Origin: a virus
Taxonomy: Duplodnaviria; Caudoviricetes
IMG/VR virus record: IMGVR_UViG_3300042210_000077
Span: 1-38,278 of that record
Length of the DNA: 38,278 nucleotides
Reading direction: 5' to 3' (one strand)
Shown here: positions 8,448 through 17,586 of the stretch, one piece after another
Layout of the letters: each line of letters begins with the position of its first letter
Numbering within the stretch: the stretch's first letter is position 1
Notes under the pieces: generated by a model
What the model saw: the letters and a program-made list of their open reading frames with translations, nothing else
Database searches by the model: none
What the model was told of the DNA's origin: nothing
Translations under genes and position numbers: made by a program

Positions 8448-8588
8448 ATGACCCTCGATCAGGCCTACTGCCCACACCCGGAAGAGTTGCAACACATCGT
8501 TGTTGTATGGTCATGCGTGACCTGTGAAGTGACAGAAGTTGTCTGCGGGAGTTGCCGGAAAGTAATGGAAAGAAACGAAAATTATTGA
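8448..8588 (+). CDS. Small Zn-finger-like protein (46 aa)
   Basis: YCPH...CVTC...CGSC; translated by hand. Confidence 0.55.
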   Translation: MTLDQAYCPHPEELQHIVVVWSCVTCEVTEVVCGSCRKVMERNENY

Positions 8589-8738
8589 AATATGCTTTGC
8601 AAAAAAAAATGTCCAAGAGGAACGAGCCGCGACAGATACAATGTTTGACCACGATGTCTATGATATGAAGAGCGTAACAAGTGTCATGACAGAAGCTCTC
8701 TTGATTGATGAATTGCGATCAAAAAATAAGAGTAATAT

Positions 8739-8897
8739 ATGGAAAAAATAAAATATTTCGCAGTCACAGGCACGTTTCACGGCATGCTGATTGACGCGTT
8801 TAGCGAAGGAGATGCCCGGCGAGCCTTCCACGATCAATACAACGGCGAGAGCATCATTCATCTCATTCAGCGTGCATTACCGTCTTTCATGTCATGA
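8739..8897 (+). CDS. Small hypothetical protein (52 aa, MEKIKYFAVTG...)
   Basis: Stop overlaps the next ATG (ATGA). Confidence 0.55.
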   Translation: MEKIKYFAVTGTFHGMLIDAFSEGDARRAFHDQYNGESIIHLIQRALPSFMS

Positions 8898-9328
8898 CAG
8901 CCGAACAAACATACCGCAACCCCAAAGCCACTAAGGCGCAACTCCGAGAAGCCCTTCGCGTGGCTTTGGGCTTGCCTGAAGAACCCGCCGCCGCTCAGCC
9001 GCCGAAGAATGCATTTAAAGAATGTTTGAACACCTTTCAAACCGCCTATAAAAAGCAAACAGGGCTGCACTATCAGATAGCCGCCAAGGACGCGGTGGCG
9101 ATGGCGGGCATTATTAAGAAGTTGCAAGCCCTGGCACCGGGTGCCGACGTGGTAGAGTTGTTCACTGCCTTGGCGGCAAAGCTGCCGGAGTGGTACGTGA
9201 AGAATGCATTTAGCCTACCTGTTATCAATGGAAAGTTTAACGAGATTGTCGCCGCGATTCGGCAGTCTAAAAATCAAATAAACAATGACTATAAAGAGAG
9301 AATTGCCCGAGACCTTACCCGCCCCTAA
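8894..9328 (+). CDS. Hypothetical protein
   Basis: 144 aa; C-terminal FSLPVINGKFNEIV helix; coupled to the next gene. Confidence 0.7.
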   Translation: MTAEQTYRNPKATKAQLREALRVALGLPEEPAAAQPPKNAFKECLNTFQTAYKKQTGLHYQIAAKDAVAMAGIIKKLQALAPGADVVELFTALAAKLPEWYVKNAFSLPVINGKFNEIVAAIRQSKNQINNDYKERIARDLTRP

Positions 9329-9947
9329 CCCCTTCAAGGAGGGGAACATTATGCCGGTGGAGCAACAGACGCAACTCGTCAGGAGTTATCTGCCAGAGAA
9401 TCATCTTCCCGAGGTCAGGAAGATGACCGCCGTGGCGCAAGTGCTTGCCAAGGGCGACACCTGCACGGCCTTGTTGGCAAAGCAGGTGGGGACCAAACGC
9501 ATCGAGGCGTTGGTGAAGCTTTACCTCGTGCGCCTAAACGAGCTGCTCGACCTGAAGCGGCCACTCAGCGAGATGGCCATAGACGAAATAGCCGCTACGC
9601 TGATGACCGGAGCATACCGCAACCTGAGCCTCACAGACATTGCCTTCGTTCTGCAACAAGCCGCCCGCGGCGTGTATGGCGAGATGTACGAGAGCTTAAA
9701 CGTTACCAAGGTGATGCGCTGGTTCGACGCCTACTTCGACGAGCGCATAGCCACCGCCGAGCGGATGAGCGAAGCCGAACGCAGCCGGCACAACAGCATG
9801 CTCAACCGCTACCGGAGTAGCGAGCAGGACGAACAAGACCCGGGCTTTGCTGCTTTTAAAAAAAGCTACGAAACAGCTCAATTAAAGCAACGAGCAACTC
9901 AACGTAAGGCGACAGCTTCAGCAGCCAAAAAGCAACGCGAGAAATGA
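9285..9947 (+). CDS. Hypothetical protein, DUF6633-like (possible helicase-loader-like)
   Basis: LSLTDIAFVLQQAARGVYGEMYESLNVTKVMRWFDAYFDER motif; start uncertain. Confidence 0.65.
   Translation: MTIKRELPETLPAPNPFKEGNIMPVEQQTQLVRSYLPENHLPEVRKMTAVAQVLAKGDTCTALLAKQVGTKRIEALVKLYLVRLNELLDLKRPLSEMAIDEIAATLMTGAYRNLSLTDIAFVLQQAARGVYGEMYESLNVTKVMRWFDAYFDERIATAERMSEAERSRHNSMLNRYRSSEQDEQDPGFAAFKKSYETAQLKQRATQRKATASAAKKQREK
9317..9345. repeat. REP-like repeat, type B
   Basis: acccgcccctaaccccttcaaggagggga; 25/29 identical to 30522-30550. Confidence 0.75.
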
Positions 9948-10037
9948 AATTTTTGAAATTCATTTTAATAAAATTTACCGCAAGCTAATACTGCTGCATT
10001 TCAAAAGCAGTGACATGAAAAATTTTAAAATTTTGAT

Positions 10038-10280
10038 ATGATATCCGAACAAAAACTGAAAGAATTAGGCTTCCAAAAGACCTTTGGAAACACCCTCGAA
10101 GATGGCGATTATTACCAATGCTATGAATTAGTAAAAGGTGAATTCACAATTTGCTGCACGAACACGCACAATGGACAGACGAGAGTAGTCTTTCACCAAT
10201 ACTTCGAGCTCAACGGAGAAACCCTTTCTGGTGATTTTATGACTGCGGCGCGCTTGAGATCGCTAATAAAATTACTGTGA
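10038..10280 (+). CDS. Hypothetical protein
   Basis: 80 aa; ISEQKLKELGF N-terminus; AT-rich leader. Confidence 0.65.
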   Translation: MISEQKLKELGFQKTFGNTLEDGDYYQCYELVKGEFTICCTNTHNGQTRVVFHQYFELNGETLSGDFMTAARLRSLIKLL

Positions 10281-10301
10281 AATGTTAAAATTTCAAAAAC
10301 A

Positions 10302-10333
10302 TTTGGCGGTGTCATAAATGATACATATCTTTG
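10302..10333 (+). promoter_or_regulatory. Bacteroidota consensus promoter with overlapping palindrome
   Basis: TTTG (10302-10305), 20-nt spacer, TATCTTTG (10326-10333); GTGTCAT-aa-ATGATAC in the spacer. Confidence 0.7.
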
Positions 10334-10395
10334 GGTATTGAAATTTATTAATCATTAGACGCTGGCGGCAACAGCACAATACGGCAAGAGAAATT

Positions 10396-10692
10396 ATGAA
10401 AACTTTAATTAAAACAGACGAGTTTGGAAAAGTGACAAAAGCATTTTACACAGACGAGCAAAGTGCCACCGACGCTGCTAATTCATTCTTGAGAGATTGC
10501 AGAGTTCATGGATTGCAAAGAGACAAAAGATCTACTGAAATTGTTGATTTTGATTACCAAAAATATGGATTTTCAAAGATGCCAATTTTCGCCCAATTTG
10601 AGGCAAACAATTTGGGACTGTTTGTAAAAGTAGTATTCAATGGTCTTGGCAATCAGAGATTCACGGTTACAAATCAAGTAAATGAGCTATGA
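10396..10692 (+). CDS. AT-rich hypothetical protein (moron)
   Basis: Has its own promoter; lower GC than neighbours. Confidence 0.7.
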   Translation: MKTLIKTDEFGKVTKAFYTDEQSATDAANSFLRDCRVHGLQRDKRSTEIVDFDYQKYGFSKMPIFAQFEANNLGLFVKVVFNGLGNQRFTVTNQVNEL

Positions 10693-11002
10693 GATGAACC
10701 AAACCATCCCACAAAACGAGCAACAATGGCAGTTGCTCGTTTTGCTTTTAAAAGAGATTGCCGAGCAGAAAGGGCTTACGCAACAGCAGATTGCAGACGC
10801 ATCCGGCCTGATGCGTTCAAATGTGAACAGGCTCTTTGCCTTGAAGTTTCCGCCCAACATCAAGACCTTCTTGTCGGTGGCGCAGGCTGTCGGTGTGAAC
10901 TTCTACTTTGAAGACAAGGAGTCAAAGATTGATCTGAACATCGCCTTTGAGCGCGCGATGGAGAGCCTCGGAAGAAGGCCGGGTAAATTGCATAAAAACT
11001 AA
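10682..11002 (+). CDS. XRE-family HTH regulator
   Basis: KGLTQQQIADASGLMRSNVNRLF...PNIKTFLSVAQAVG. Confidence 0.85.
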   Translation: MSYEMNQTIPQNEQQWQLLVLLLKEIAEQKGLTQQQIADASGLMRSNVNRLFALKFPPNIKTFLSVAQAVGVNFYFEDKESKIDLNIAFERAMESLGRRPGKLHKN

Positions 11003-11024
11003 AAAAAATAAATAACTTTGTCCT

Positions 11025-11216
11025 ATGGCACTCGATCAAGACAACACTGTTAGGAAGTACAAAGCCATCCGCGAGGCTTATCAGAAGTGGACGGCTAAGC
11101 GATACAAGGGTGTGCGCGTGTACACGGACGAGTACATCCTGCACAAGCTCGAAGATCAATTCTTCATCCGTCCGGCAACGCTCGAGGACATCGTGTTTTT
11201 TAGAACAAAATACTAA
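11025..11216 (+). CDS. Small putative late-gene regulator (Mor/C-like HTH)
   Basis: ILHKLEDQFFIRPATLEDIVF helix-turn-helix-like segment; TAACTTTG -7 box at 11013-11020; last regulator before the structural block. Confidence 0.55.
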   Translation: MALDQDNTVRKYKAIREAYQKWTAKRYKGVRVYTDEYILHKLEDQFFIRPATLEDIVFFRTKY

Positions 11217-11235
11217 TTTTAATCCACATTTAATC

Positions 11236-11517
11236 ATGAAAAAAGTACTTCTAATTTTTGCAGCTGCGCTGATGGTTGGCTGCCTGTCATCCACCGACAA
11301 AGCCGTCCAAAAAGAAATGGACAAAATCAACAACCAGGTCGCCCTCGATGCCGAAGCGCAGTACAAGATTGCGAAAGCTTCAGGCGAACCCATCGATGCT
11401 TATTCTGCAGCAAGCTACGTGGCGGCTGCTTATCTGCAGGCCAAAGACTCCTTGAATTACGCGAAGTGGAAAGCCATCGAGAAGGAGGAAGCCAAGGCGG
11501 CAGGCTTGCAAAACTGA
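11236..11517 (+). CDS. Lipoprotein (moron)
   Basis: MKKVLLIFAAALMVG-C lipobox. Confidence 0.75.
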   Translation: MKKVLLIFAAALMVGCLSSTDKAVQKEMDKINNQVALDAEAQYKIAKASGEPIDAYSAASYVAAAYLQAKDSLNYAKWKAIEKEEAKAAGLQN

Positions 11518-11519
11518 GT

Positions 11520-12065
11520 CTAAATCACAAACCCACCACTGTTCGGCACTGCACTTTGCGGTGCCGTTCCTTTTTCTGCCAACACCTCGCCCGGCGCAGC
11601 ACCTTCGCGCACTTCTGCCGCGCTGCCGTCCTGCACGTTCATCGTGAAAGACATCCTGTACAGGTTGCCCGCCGATCCGGTATCCACCGGAGCAAAACCA
11701 ACCCGCCTGCATTCGTTGAAAGTTTCGCCCGAAGTGCCGTGCAACAACGCGTGTATGTCCGTCAGCCTGTTGAGATAGGCGATGGCATCAACCTTGTTGA
11801 ACGCGCCTTGAAAGGTGTCTAAAAACGTTTCATAAAAGTAGTACAGATCCATCTGCACTTCGAGGTCTTGCACCTTGGCAGACAGGTCGTCTGCCTTCCC
11901 AATCCTGAATGCTAAAAAAACCGCAGGGGTTGGAAAGGGATGTTCGCTTTCCAAGAAGCCCACTTGGTTGTGCCAAAGGTCAACCCACTGCACGTCCGGC
12001 AGCTTAGTCGTTATCAGGTTGGCGATCTCTTCGTAAAGTTGCGCCCAAAGCTTTAATGGTTCCAT
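11520..12065 (-). CDS. Mu gp37-like tail terminator/completion protein
   Basis: VQWVDLWHNQV...HPFPTPAVFLAF motif; follows the gpG-like gene. Confidence 0.65.
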   Translation of the reverse strand: MEPLKLWAQLYEEIANLITTKLPDVQWVDLWHNQVGFLESEHPFPTPAVFLAFRIGKADDLSAKVQDLEVQMDLYYFYETFLDTFQGAFNKVDAIAYLNRLTDIHALLHGTSGETFNECRRVGFAPVDTGSAGNLYRMSFTMNVQDGSAAEVREGAAPGEVLAEKGTAPQSAVPNSGGFVI

Positions 12066-12068
12066 ATT

Positions 12069-12587
12069 TTAGGTTTTTGAAAATCTTTTGTTAATCTCGG
12101 CAGCTATCCAGCTATCCAAGTCGCCCATTAAAGTGGCACTTTCGCCAATGAACTGCCGCTTGGGGATCACTACCCGGAAGCTGTCCTTCTTAGTTAATGC
12201 CATCGCTTTAAACATGCTGTTGCCTGTGGCTTTGAACATCGCCCAAAAGAACTTCCGGCTTTTGGCCGTCACCTTTACGCTGATGGTACCGCCGTCGTTG
12301 TGGATGGGCGCATGCTCCTCGTCAGATCCGAACACGATGCGTTCGTTTGACTGCTCAAACACGCGGATGGAGTTGAGCAACGCCGAAGACTTCACAAGCA
12401 CTTTCCTACCCGGATCGAAGTCGTCTTTCCGTTTCGGCCACGGCTGAAAAGAAGTGTCGGTAAAGCCTTGGTTGAAAAATGCATCTTGAAAAAAGTTGAC
12501 GCCCGTCCGTGCGGCGAACCTCACGGCATCTGCTTTGAGCGTTTCAGCCATTCGGCTAAAGTCGGGGATTTCGTTTTTTCGTCTCAT
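12069..12587 (-). CDS. Phage virion morphogenesis protein (Mu gpG-like)
   Basis: WPKRK, L.KSSALLNSI, APIHNDGG and IPKRQFIG motifs. Confidence 0.88.
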   Translation of the reverse strand: MRRKNEIPDFSRMAETLKADAVRFAARTGVNFFQDAFFNQGFTDTSFQPWPKRKDDFDPGRKVLVKSSALLNSIRVFEQSNERIVFGSDEEHAPIHNDGGTISVKVTAKSRKFFWAMFKATGNSMFKAMALTKKDSFRVVIPKRQFIGESATLMGDLDSWIAAEINKRFSKT

Positions 12588-13432
12588 TTTTTCGTCTTCA
12601 AAATCAGTTCTTTCTGATGCTTCTTCAAAAGGCTGTCAACTGACTTCTTGAAGGCTTTGCTGTCGCCTTTCGGGATGGCGAAGTACGGATGCTCGGTCTC
12701 GCTGAAGAACTGCGCCGACTTGCCCACATTCATCTCGAAGCCTTTGTCCACCTTCGCGCCTTGCATCGAGCGGTTGTTCACCGCTTTCGTCGTTGGCTGT
12801 GCCGTGCATCGGCATCGGAAGCCGTTGGGCGGATAATACGTATCCCAAAAGCTGTCGTCAATTGGTTTGATGATACCGTCGAGCGGTTCATGTTCATCAC
12901 GGACACGGTCATCCCCGATTGTGCGATAGATAAGGTTTGGAAAGAGATCTTTATCGGCCTGAAATTCCTCCCACTGCCGTGCTGCCTGAGCAGAGCGTTT
13001 GGCGGTTTGGAACTCGGCTTGTAAGTGGGTGCGGTTGAAAAGTTGATGCGTCTTCTGCACTTCGTCTTTGAAGGCTTGGAACGTCCTGATCTTGCCATTT
13101 TCGTCCACCAAGTTGGCGTTCATCTCAGCCAACTCCTGATAGGTTTTGGCTGCTGAGAACCGGAACAAGTTCTCTTTGATCTTCGGAACGTTTGGCGAGT
13201 TCTCTGCATCGAATTTTACCCAATTTTCACCAAAGCCTGAACGCCCGGCTTTGTCGAGTTCAGAAAAGATTTTCAAAACCAAGCCTTCATCTAAAGCGGC
13301 AGGCGTGAGCGAGCCATTGAACAGCTTACGGGTAACTTTGTCGATGAGTTCCTTCCACGGCTTCAGGTCTATGGCCTCAACGCTCTCGGGTCCGTGGTTG
13401 TGCCCGCATCCTACTTCGTAGAGGGCAGACAC
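12584..13432 (-). CDS. Phage minor head protein (Mu gpF / SPP1 gp7 family)
   Basis: YRTIGDDRVRDEH and FWDTYYPPNGFRCRC; only a GTG start, so possibly expressed by frameshift from the portal. Confidence 0.9.
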   Translation of the reverse strand: MSALYEVGCGHNHGPESVEAIDLKPWKELIDKVTRKLFNGSLTPAALDEGLVLKIFSELDKAGRSGFGENWVKFDAENSPNVPKIKENLFRFSAAKTYQELAEMNANLVDENGKIRTFQAFKDEVQKTHQLFNRTHLQAEFQTAKRSAQAARQWEEFQADKDLFPNLIYRTIGDDRVRDEHEPLDGIIKPIDDSFWDTYYPPNGFRCRCTAQPTTKAVNNRSMQGAKVDKGFEMNVGKSAQFFSETEHPYFAIPKGDSKAFKKSVDSLLKKHQKELILKTKK

Positions 13433-13446
13433 TTGCGCTGAGGCAT

Positions 13447-14727
13447 TTACTTTTTTACCGGGGGCTTTTTTTTTTCGTCCGCTGGCGCAACTTCTATCGG
13501 CTGCCCTTTCGGTACAAAGCCTGTTATCGGAATGCCTGTCTTCAGAGCGATGCTCTCGAAGTCGAGGATGAACCCTGCGTTTGTCAGAGCGACTGTTTTG
13601 TCGAGCAGCACCTCGTTTGTCATCGTTTCGGATTCATCCCAATCGAGGCTGTGGCCTGCCAATCCGCTGTACGCGCTGCTGAGCTGTTGCAACTTTGGAA
13701 AGAGCAACGAGTTGACGATGTACTGCACAAAGAGCTTGTCGCTTTCGTGACGGTCGTTGGCCACGCCCTGAAGAACCTTGAGGCTTCCGAACGTGCCGTT
13801 GCTGTTCTTGTGGTCGGTGGTGCCATCTTGGCCGAGTATCAGCTTTGAAATTTCGGAGTTGATGGTTGAGATCAACTCTTTGAATACCATGTAGGTGTCG
13901 GTGTCGGGGGTGTCGCCGATGCTTACCGTCTCGCTGCCCCGTATGACGCCAACGTGGTTCGAGATCATGTTGATGCCCATGTCGAGTAGTTCGTCCCTGC
14001 GCTCTGTGGTCATGTTGTCGGTGGTGATCCACACAGGCGGGATGCCAAACTTTTCGATGTAGTCGAGCCAACTGCCCATCGCCAACTTCTTGGCAATGAT
14101 GAGCGGGGTGAGGTCTGTCAGCATGCCAATCTCATCGTCTGCGCCTACTTGCACGTAGAAGCGGGAGAGGCTGCCATCGCGGTAGCTGAAACCGTCCGAA
14201 TCGCCGGGCGATTTCAAGATCAGCCCTTTTTTGGCATTGATGTGCGCCAACGGGATGGAAGTGGCGCATTTCAACTCGAGGTTTTCATCTAAATCAAAAA
14301 GCTCAATGACTTTCACACCTTCAAACATTGACAGCAGGGCTTCTTCCATGAAGCGTTCAAAGAAGGGCTTGTCAAAGAGCTTCTTCAGGTCTTCGTTTTC
14401 CTCCCCATTTTCGTTCAAGATCTTAAACTTTGACCGCAGTACCCGATAGACACGCGTGCCTATGACGCTGTTTAGGTGGGCATCGAGCTTGAGGTTGTCG
14501 TACAATTCTGAAAGGAGCAGAAAACTCGGCTCGCCGCTATCGGTAGCGGTGGCGACTGCCGCTTTCCAATCGGCAAGGGTCTTGACGGTGAAAGCTTTCG
14601 GCTCACGTTTGAGTTGTGCGCTCACGGCCTTGCTGCCTTTGGAAGAGGTCAGCGCGGCGGCAACGCGGATTTTGTCCTCCGGGATGAACCGGATCAGGCG
14701 GTCTTGTAGCTTTTCGATGAAAGTCAT
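13447..14727 (-). CDS. Portal protein (DUF935 / Mu gp29-like)
   Basis: DAHLNSVIGTR, WLDYIEKFGIP and EISKLILGQDGTT motifs. Confidence 0.9.
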   Translation of the reverse strand: MTFIEKLQDRLIRFIPEDKIRVAAALTSSKGSKAVSAQLKREPKAFTVKTLADWKAAVATATDSGEPSFLLLSELYDNLKLDAHLNSVIGTRVYRVLRSKFKILNENGEENEDLKKLFDKPFFERFMEEALLSMFEGVKVIELFDLDENLELKCATSIPLAHINAKKGLILKSPGDSDGFSYRDGSLSRFYVQVGADDEIGMLTDLTPLIIAKKLAMGSWLDYIEKFGIPPVWITTDNMTTERRDELLDMGINMISNHVGVIRGSETVSIGDTPDTDTYMVFKELISTINSEISKLILGQDGTTDHKNSNGTFGSLKVLQGVANDRHESDKLFVQYIVNSLLFPKLQQLSSAYSGLAGHSLDWDESETMTNEVLLDKTVALTNAGFILDFESIALKTGIPITGFVPKGQPIEVAPADEKKKPPVKK

Positions 14728-15155
14728 ATATAGAAGTCTTTATTTGAACGGTTGACATAAATGGGTGCGGCCACTTCCACGCCTTGGGCATCGAGTGGTT
14801 TGGGCAGGCCGTCCGGGGTCTCTTTCCCGGCTTTAATGCTCTCAAGCATCTTCATGGCGTTGTCGTAGTCCTCTTTGTAGTCGGCAGGCACTTTGCGGGC
14901 GGCGTTACGCCTGACGAACTTGTATAACACCAAAGTGGTGAGCAGGCCAACGATGAGGTGGTGGCGTTCTGCTCCTACTGCGGCGAAGATGGCATTAGTG
15001 TCGTATCGGCCTTTCAGCTTTGTTTTGATGATCTCGATGCCTTGGGCTTCGAGCTCGTCAAGGATGGCTTGCAAGGCTTCTGCAGAGCGTTCATTGATGA
15101 ACTGCAAAAGCATCTGTGTTTCGAGGTCTTCTGTTGTTAAGAATTTGAATGCCAT
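14724..15155 (-). CDS. Mu gp36-like (DUF1320) head-tail adaptor
   Basis: LKGRYDTNAIF and DYDNAMKMLESIKAG motifs; synteny. Confidence 0.8.
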   Translation of the reverse strand: MAFKFLTTEDLETQMLLQFINERSAEALQAILDELEAQGIEIIKTKLKGRYDTNAIFAAVGAERHHLIVGLLTTLVLYKFVRRNAARKVPADYKEDYDNAMKMLESIKAGKETPDGLPKPLDAQGVEVAAPIYVNRSNKDFYI

Positions 15156-16672
15156 TAGAAGCGTGTTTTACGTTTATATTTTGCCATGGCAGGCTTGCTG
15201 CCTTCGCCCCCGGTGTGGATGTATTTTGACAACTCACTGATGCAGCTCTCGTCAGCATCGGGCGCATCGTCTTTTGATTTGTAGCCAGGCTCGATGCCGA
15301 AGAGTTGCGCCAAGCCTGTCTGCGTGTCGGCATGACTCTTCTTATCTTCGTTGTAGTAAATGCGGCCATTTTGATAGTATGCCTGAAGCTTCACGATGCG
15401 GTCGTACTTGTTGACTTTGGAGCTTGGGATTTGAGCGATGTTGAGCGAGAGGCGATACTCTGCCTCGGTCTCGGCAATCGTGCGTTTCACTTCGTCGTTC
15501 CAAAACTGAGATTCAAATCCCCAATGCACCACCACCGTATCCGGCAATGACCGTTGGAACTCGCACATCCAAGCTATGGCGGCTTTCATTTTAGATTGCC
15601 GGACGTAGCTATCGATGTAGTAGAAGTCCGTGCCTTTCAAGCCCCAAACTCGAACGGCGTTGAAGTCGGAGGTCGAAGTGCCCGCGTAGGCGACATCCCA
15701 CCGACCGATGATGATCTTCATGTGGTTGAGCTTTGGCAGTTTTGTCCATTGAATCTGCTCATCCGTGAAGATTTCGCCCTCCACGTGCGGCTCACCGTTG
15801 TACTCTGCCATGGCAGCCAGCACGCCGATTTCGCTTTCCACTTCCCGGTAGTAGTCCGGGCCGTATTTTGATTTCCAAGTGGGTTCGTAGGTCACAGGGT
15901 CGTAGGCTTTGACATGGTGGACTTTCCAATTGGGGTGGCGTTCCTGAAGGATGGTTTGTATCATCACCGGTGCAAAGCGGTTGTTGGCATAAATGAAGCG
16001 GCGAATCTTCCCGTCCATGGTGGGGATGAGGTCGCGTTCAATCCACTTTGCCAATTTCTTTTGACGCATCGGGTTGACCGATGTCTCTTTGGTTTCGAGG
16101 TCATCCACCACGATGTAGTCCGGCCGTTGGTCCCGGACCCGCAAGCCCCTTACGGATTGCCCCGCGCCCAATGCCTTGGCGATAAAGCCGCCTTTGGTGA
16201 TGAAGAAGCCTTTTTCCCACTGCCCGGGCATCACCTGTTCGCCGAAGTCGTTGATGATCCTTGGGTTGGCTTCAAACTCCGCCCGAAGGTCTTCGAGCAG
16301 TTCGGAAGCGCGGTCTTTGCTTACGGTCACCAACACCATATAGTGCGCTTGGCCGTTCGCCCAAAGCATCACCGGCTTGATGACATCGTCCCAAACAGAC
16401 TTTGCCAAGCCGCGTCCCCACTCATCGAACAGTTTGATGGTTTGGTTCTTAAGCGTCATCTTCGCAGACTCAATTTGGAACGGCGCGGACTTAGAAGTCG
16501 CATAGTGCGGAAAGTAGTAGTTGGCAAAGGCTTCGGGGTCTGCTTTCAGGGCGCGCATACGCTTCTCTTTGTCTGCAGGAGACTCGTGCGGGTCTATTTG
16601 ACCGCCCGAATCGCGTACCATCTTTAGTCGCTCTCTGTACCTCTGTAAGGCTTCTTTGTCTTCGCGCTTCAT
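15155..16672 (-). CDS. Terminase large subunit
   Basis: WGRGLAKS Walker A, RPDYIVVDDLE Walker B, C-terminal nuclease DDAPDA. Confidence 0.92.
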   Translation of the reverse strand: MKREDKEALQRYRERLKMVRDSGGQIDPHESPADKEKRMRALKADPEAFANYYFPHYATSKSAPFQIESAKMTLKNQTIKLFDEWGRGLAKSVWDDVIKPVMLWANGQAHYMVLVTVSKDRASELLEDLRAEFEANPRIINDFGEQVMPGQWEKGFFITKGGFIAKALGAGQSVRGLRVRDQRPDYIVVDDLETKETSVNPMRQKKLAKWIERDLIPTMDGKIRRFIYANNRFAPVMIQTILQERHPNWKVHHVKAYDPVTYEPTWKSKYGPDYYREVESEIGVLAAMAEYNGEPHVEGEIFTDEQIQWTKLPKLNHMKIIIGRWDVAYAGTSTSDFNAVRVWGLKGTDFYYIDSYVRQSKMKAAIAWMCEFQRSLPDTVVVHWGFESQFWNDEVKRTIAETEAEYRLSLNIAQIPSSKVNKYDRIVKLQAYYQNGRIYYNEDKKSHADTQTGLAQLFGIEPGYKSKDDAPDADESCISELSKYIHTGGEGSKPAMAKYKRKTRF

Positions 16673-16938
16673 TTTTTGACGAATTTTTCAGTCAATCCCT
16701 TGATAGGCAGCTTTGAGAAGGTGTGGTTTACCGTGTTGTGCTTGAAATCGTAAAACAAATTAGAGATGTACAACGTGCGCGCCGGTTGATGCTTATCAGC
16801 CGGGAGGCGCATCGGCTGCCCGACTTGGAAGCCTGTGCCACGTTTAATATAGTACGCGCCGAGCCTAAGCCTAAGCTTGCTCGCAGCGAACTTGTTGTAC
16901 GTAAATAGCAGTTGTATGTGGATCCACAGTATGGTCAT
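16669..16938 (-). CDS. Hypothetical protein between terminase subunits
   Basis: 4-bp overlaps with both neighbours. Confidence 0.65.
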   Translation of the reverse strand: MTILWIHIQLLFTYNKFAASKLRLRLGAYYIKRGTGFQVGQPMRLPADKHQPARTLYISNLFYDFKHNTVNHTFSKLPIKGLTEKFVKK

Positions 16939-17429
16939 GATAATTTGATTGAAATGTCCGATAAATGCTGCTCTTGGAAGTCGAGCAGCTTCAAATAGAT
17001 TTTGGCATCGTAGTTTTTGATGGCCTCAAAGAGTTGATCCATCACATCCACATAGGTTGAGAGTGTGATGCGGTTCTCCTTCTCCAAGTTCATCAATGCC
17101 TTGTTGTATTTACTGACTTCATCAGCAATCTTGGAGGCGCGTTCGTTGAGCGTCTGAAAGAGTTCGTTGTCCCGGTCGGCTTCTGCCTTCTCCATTTGGT
17201 CGATGAGCTTGATGCGCTCCTCGGTGAGTTGCCCGATGATCTTCTTTATGTTTTCCACCTGCGTTTTTGCGCCGTTTATGCGCGCATCGCGCTCCTCACG
17301 CCACGCGTACTTTTTGACCCATTCAGACAGGGTCTTTTCCTGCACATTGACGATTTGCGCAATCTCCTTCTGCGGCTTGCCACGCATGAAGAGTTCTTTG
17401 GATAAAATGCGTTCTGTTGCCTTGGCCAT
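16935..17429 (-). CDS. Terminase small subunit (N-terminal HTH)
   Basis: QKEIAQIVNVQEKTLSEWVKKYAW; first gene of the packaging operon. Confidence 0.8.
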   Translation of the reverse strand: MAKATERILSKELFMRGKPQKEIAQIVNVQEKTLSEWVKKYAWREERDARINGAKTQVENIKKIIGQLTEERIKLIDQMEKAEADRDNELFQTLNERASKIADEVSKYNKALMNLEKENRITLSTYVDVMDQLFEAIKNYDAKIYLKLLDFQEQHLSDISIKLS

Positions 17430-17586
17430 TTTGTTGTTTTAATGGTACAAAATTGTAGAAAACCGAGCCTAAAAGCGATTTGAAAAGCTGTAGCGGGCAG
17501 GCAGGCAAAGTATAAAATGTATTTATTGAAAGTATGACACCGAATAGATTTTAATTATGCAGATGATTTAATGAATTTTGTTGCCA
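17430..17586. promoter_or_regulatory. Divergent late promoter region
   Basis: Non-coding gap between divergent packaging and capsid/tail operons; near-consensus AATTTTG boxes on both strands just before each start. Confidence 0.5.

Noticed and set aside
8589-8750. Possible small ORF or frameshifted remnant around the A9 run
   Set aside because: Several short competing frames exist and none is convincing.
12584-13432. MuF polymorphic toxin
   Set aside because: The protein ends shortly after the gpF domain; there is no toxin extension or immunity gene.
11520-17429. Packaging block as a recent inversion or assembly error
   Set aside because: The genes are intact and tightly coupled with a plausible divergent promoter gap; no breakpoint repeats were seen.
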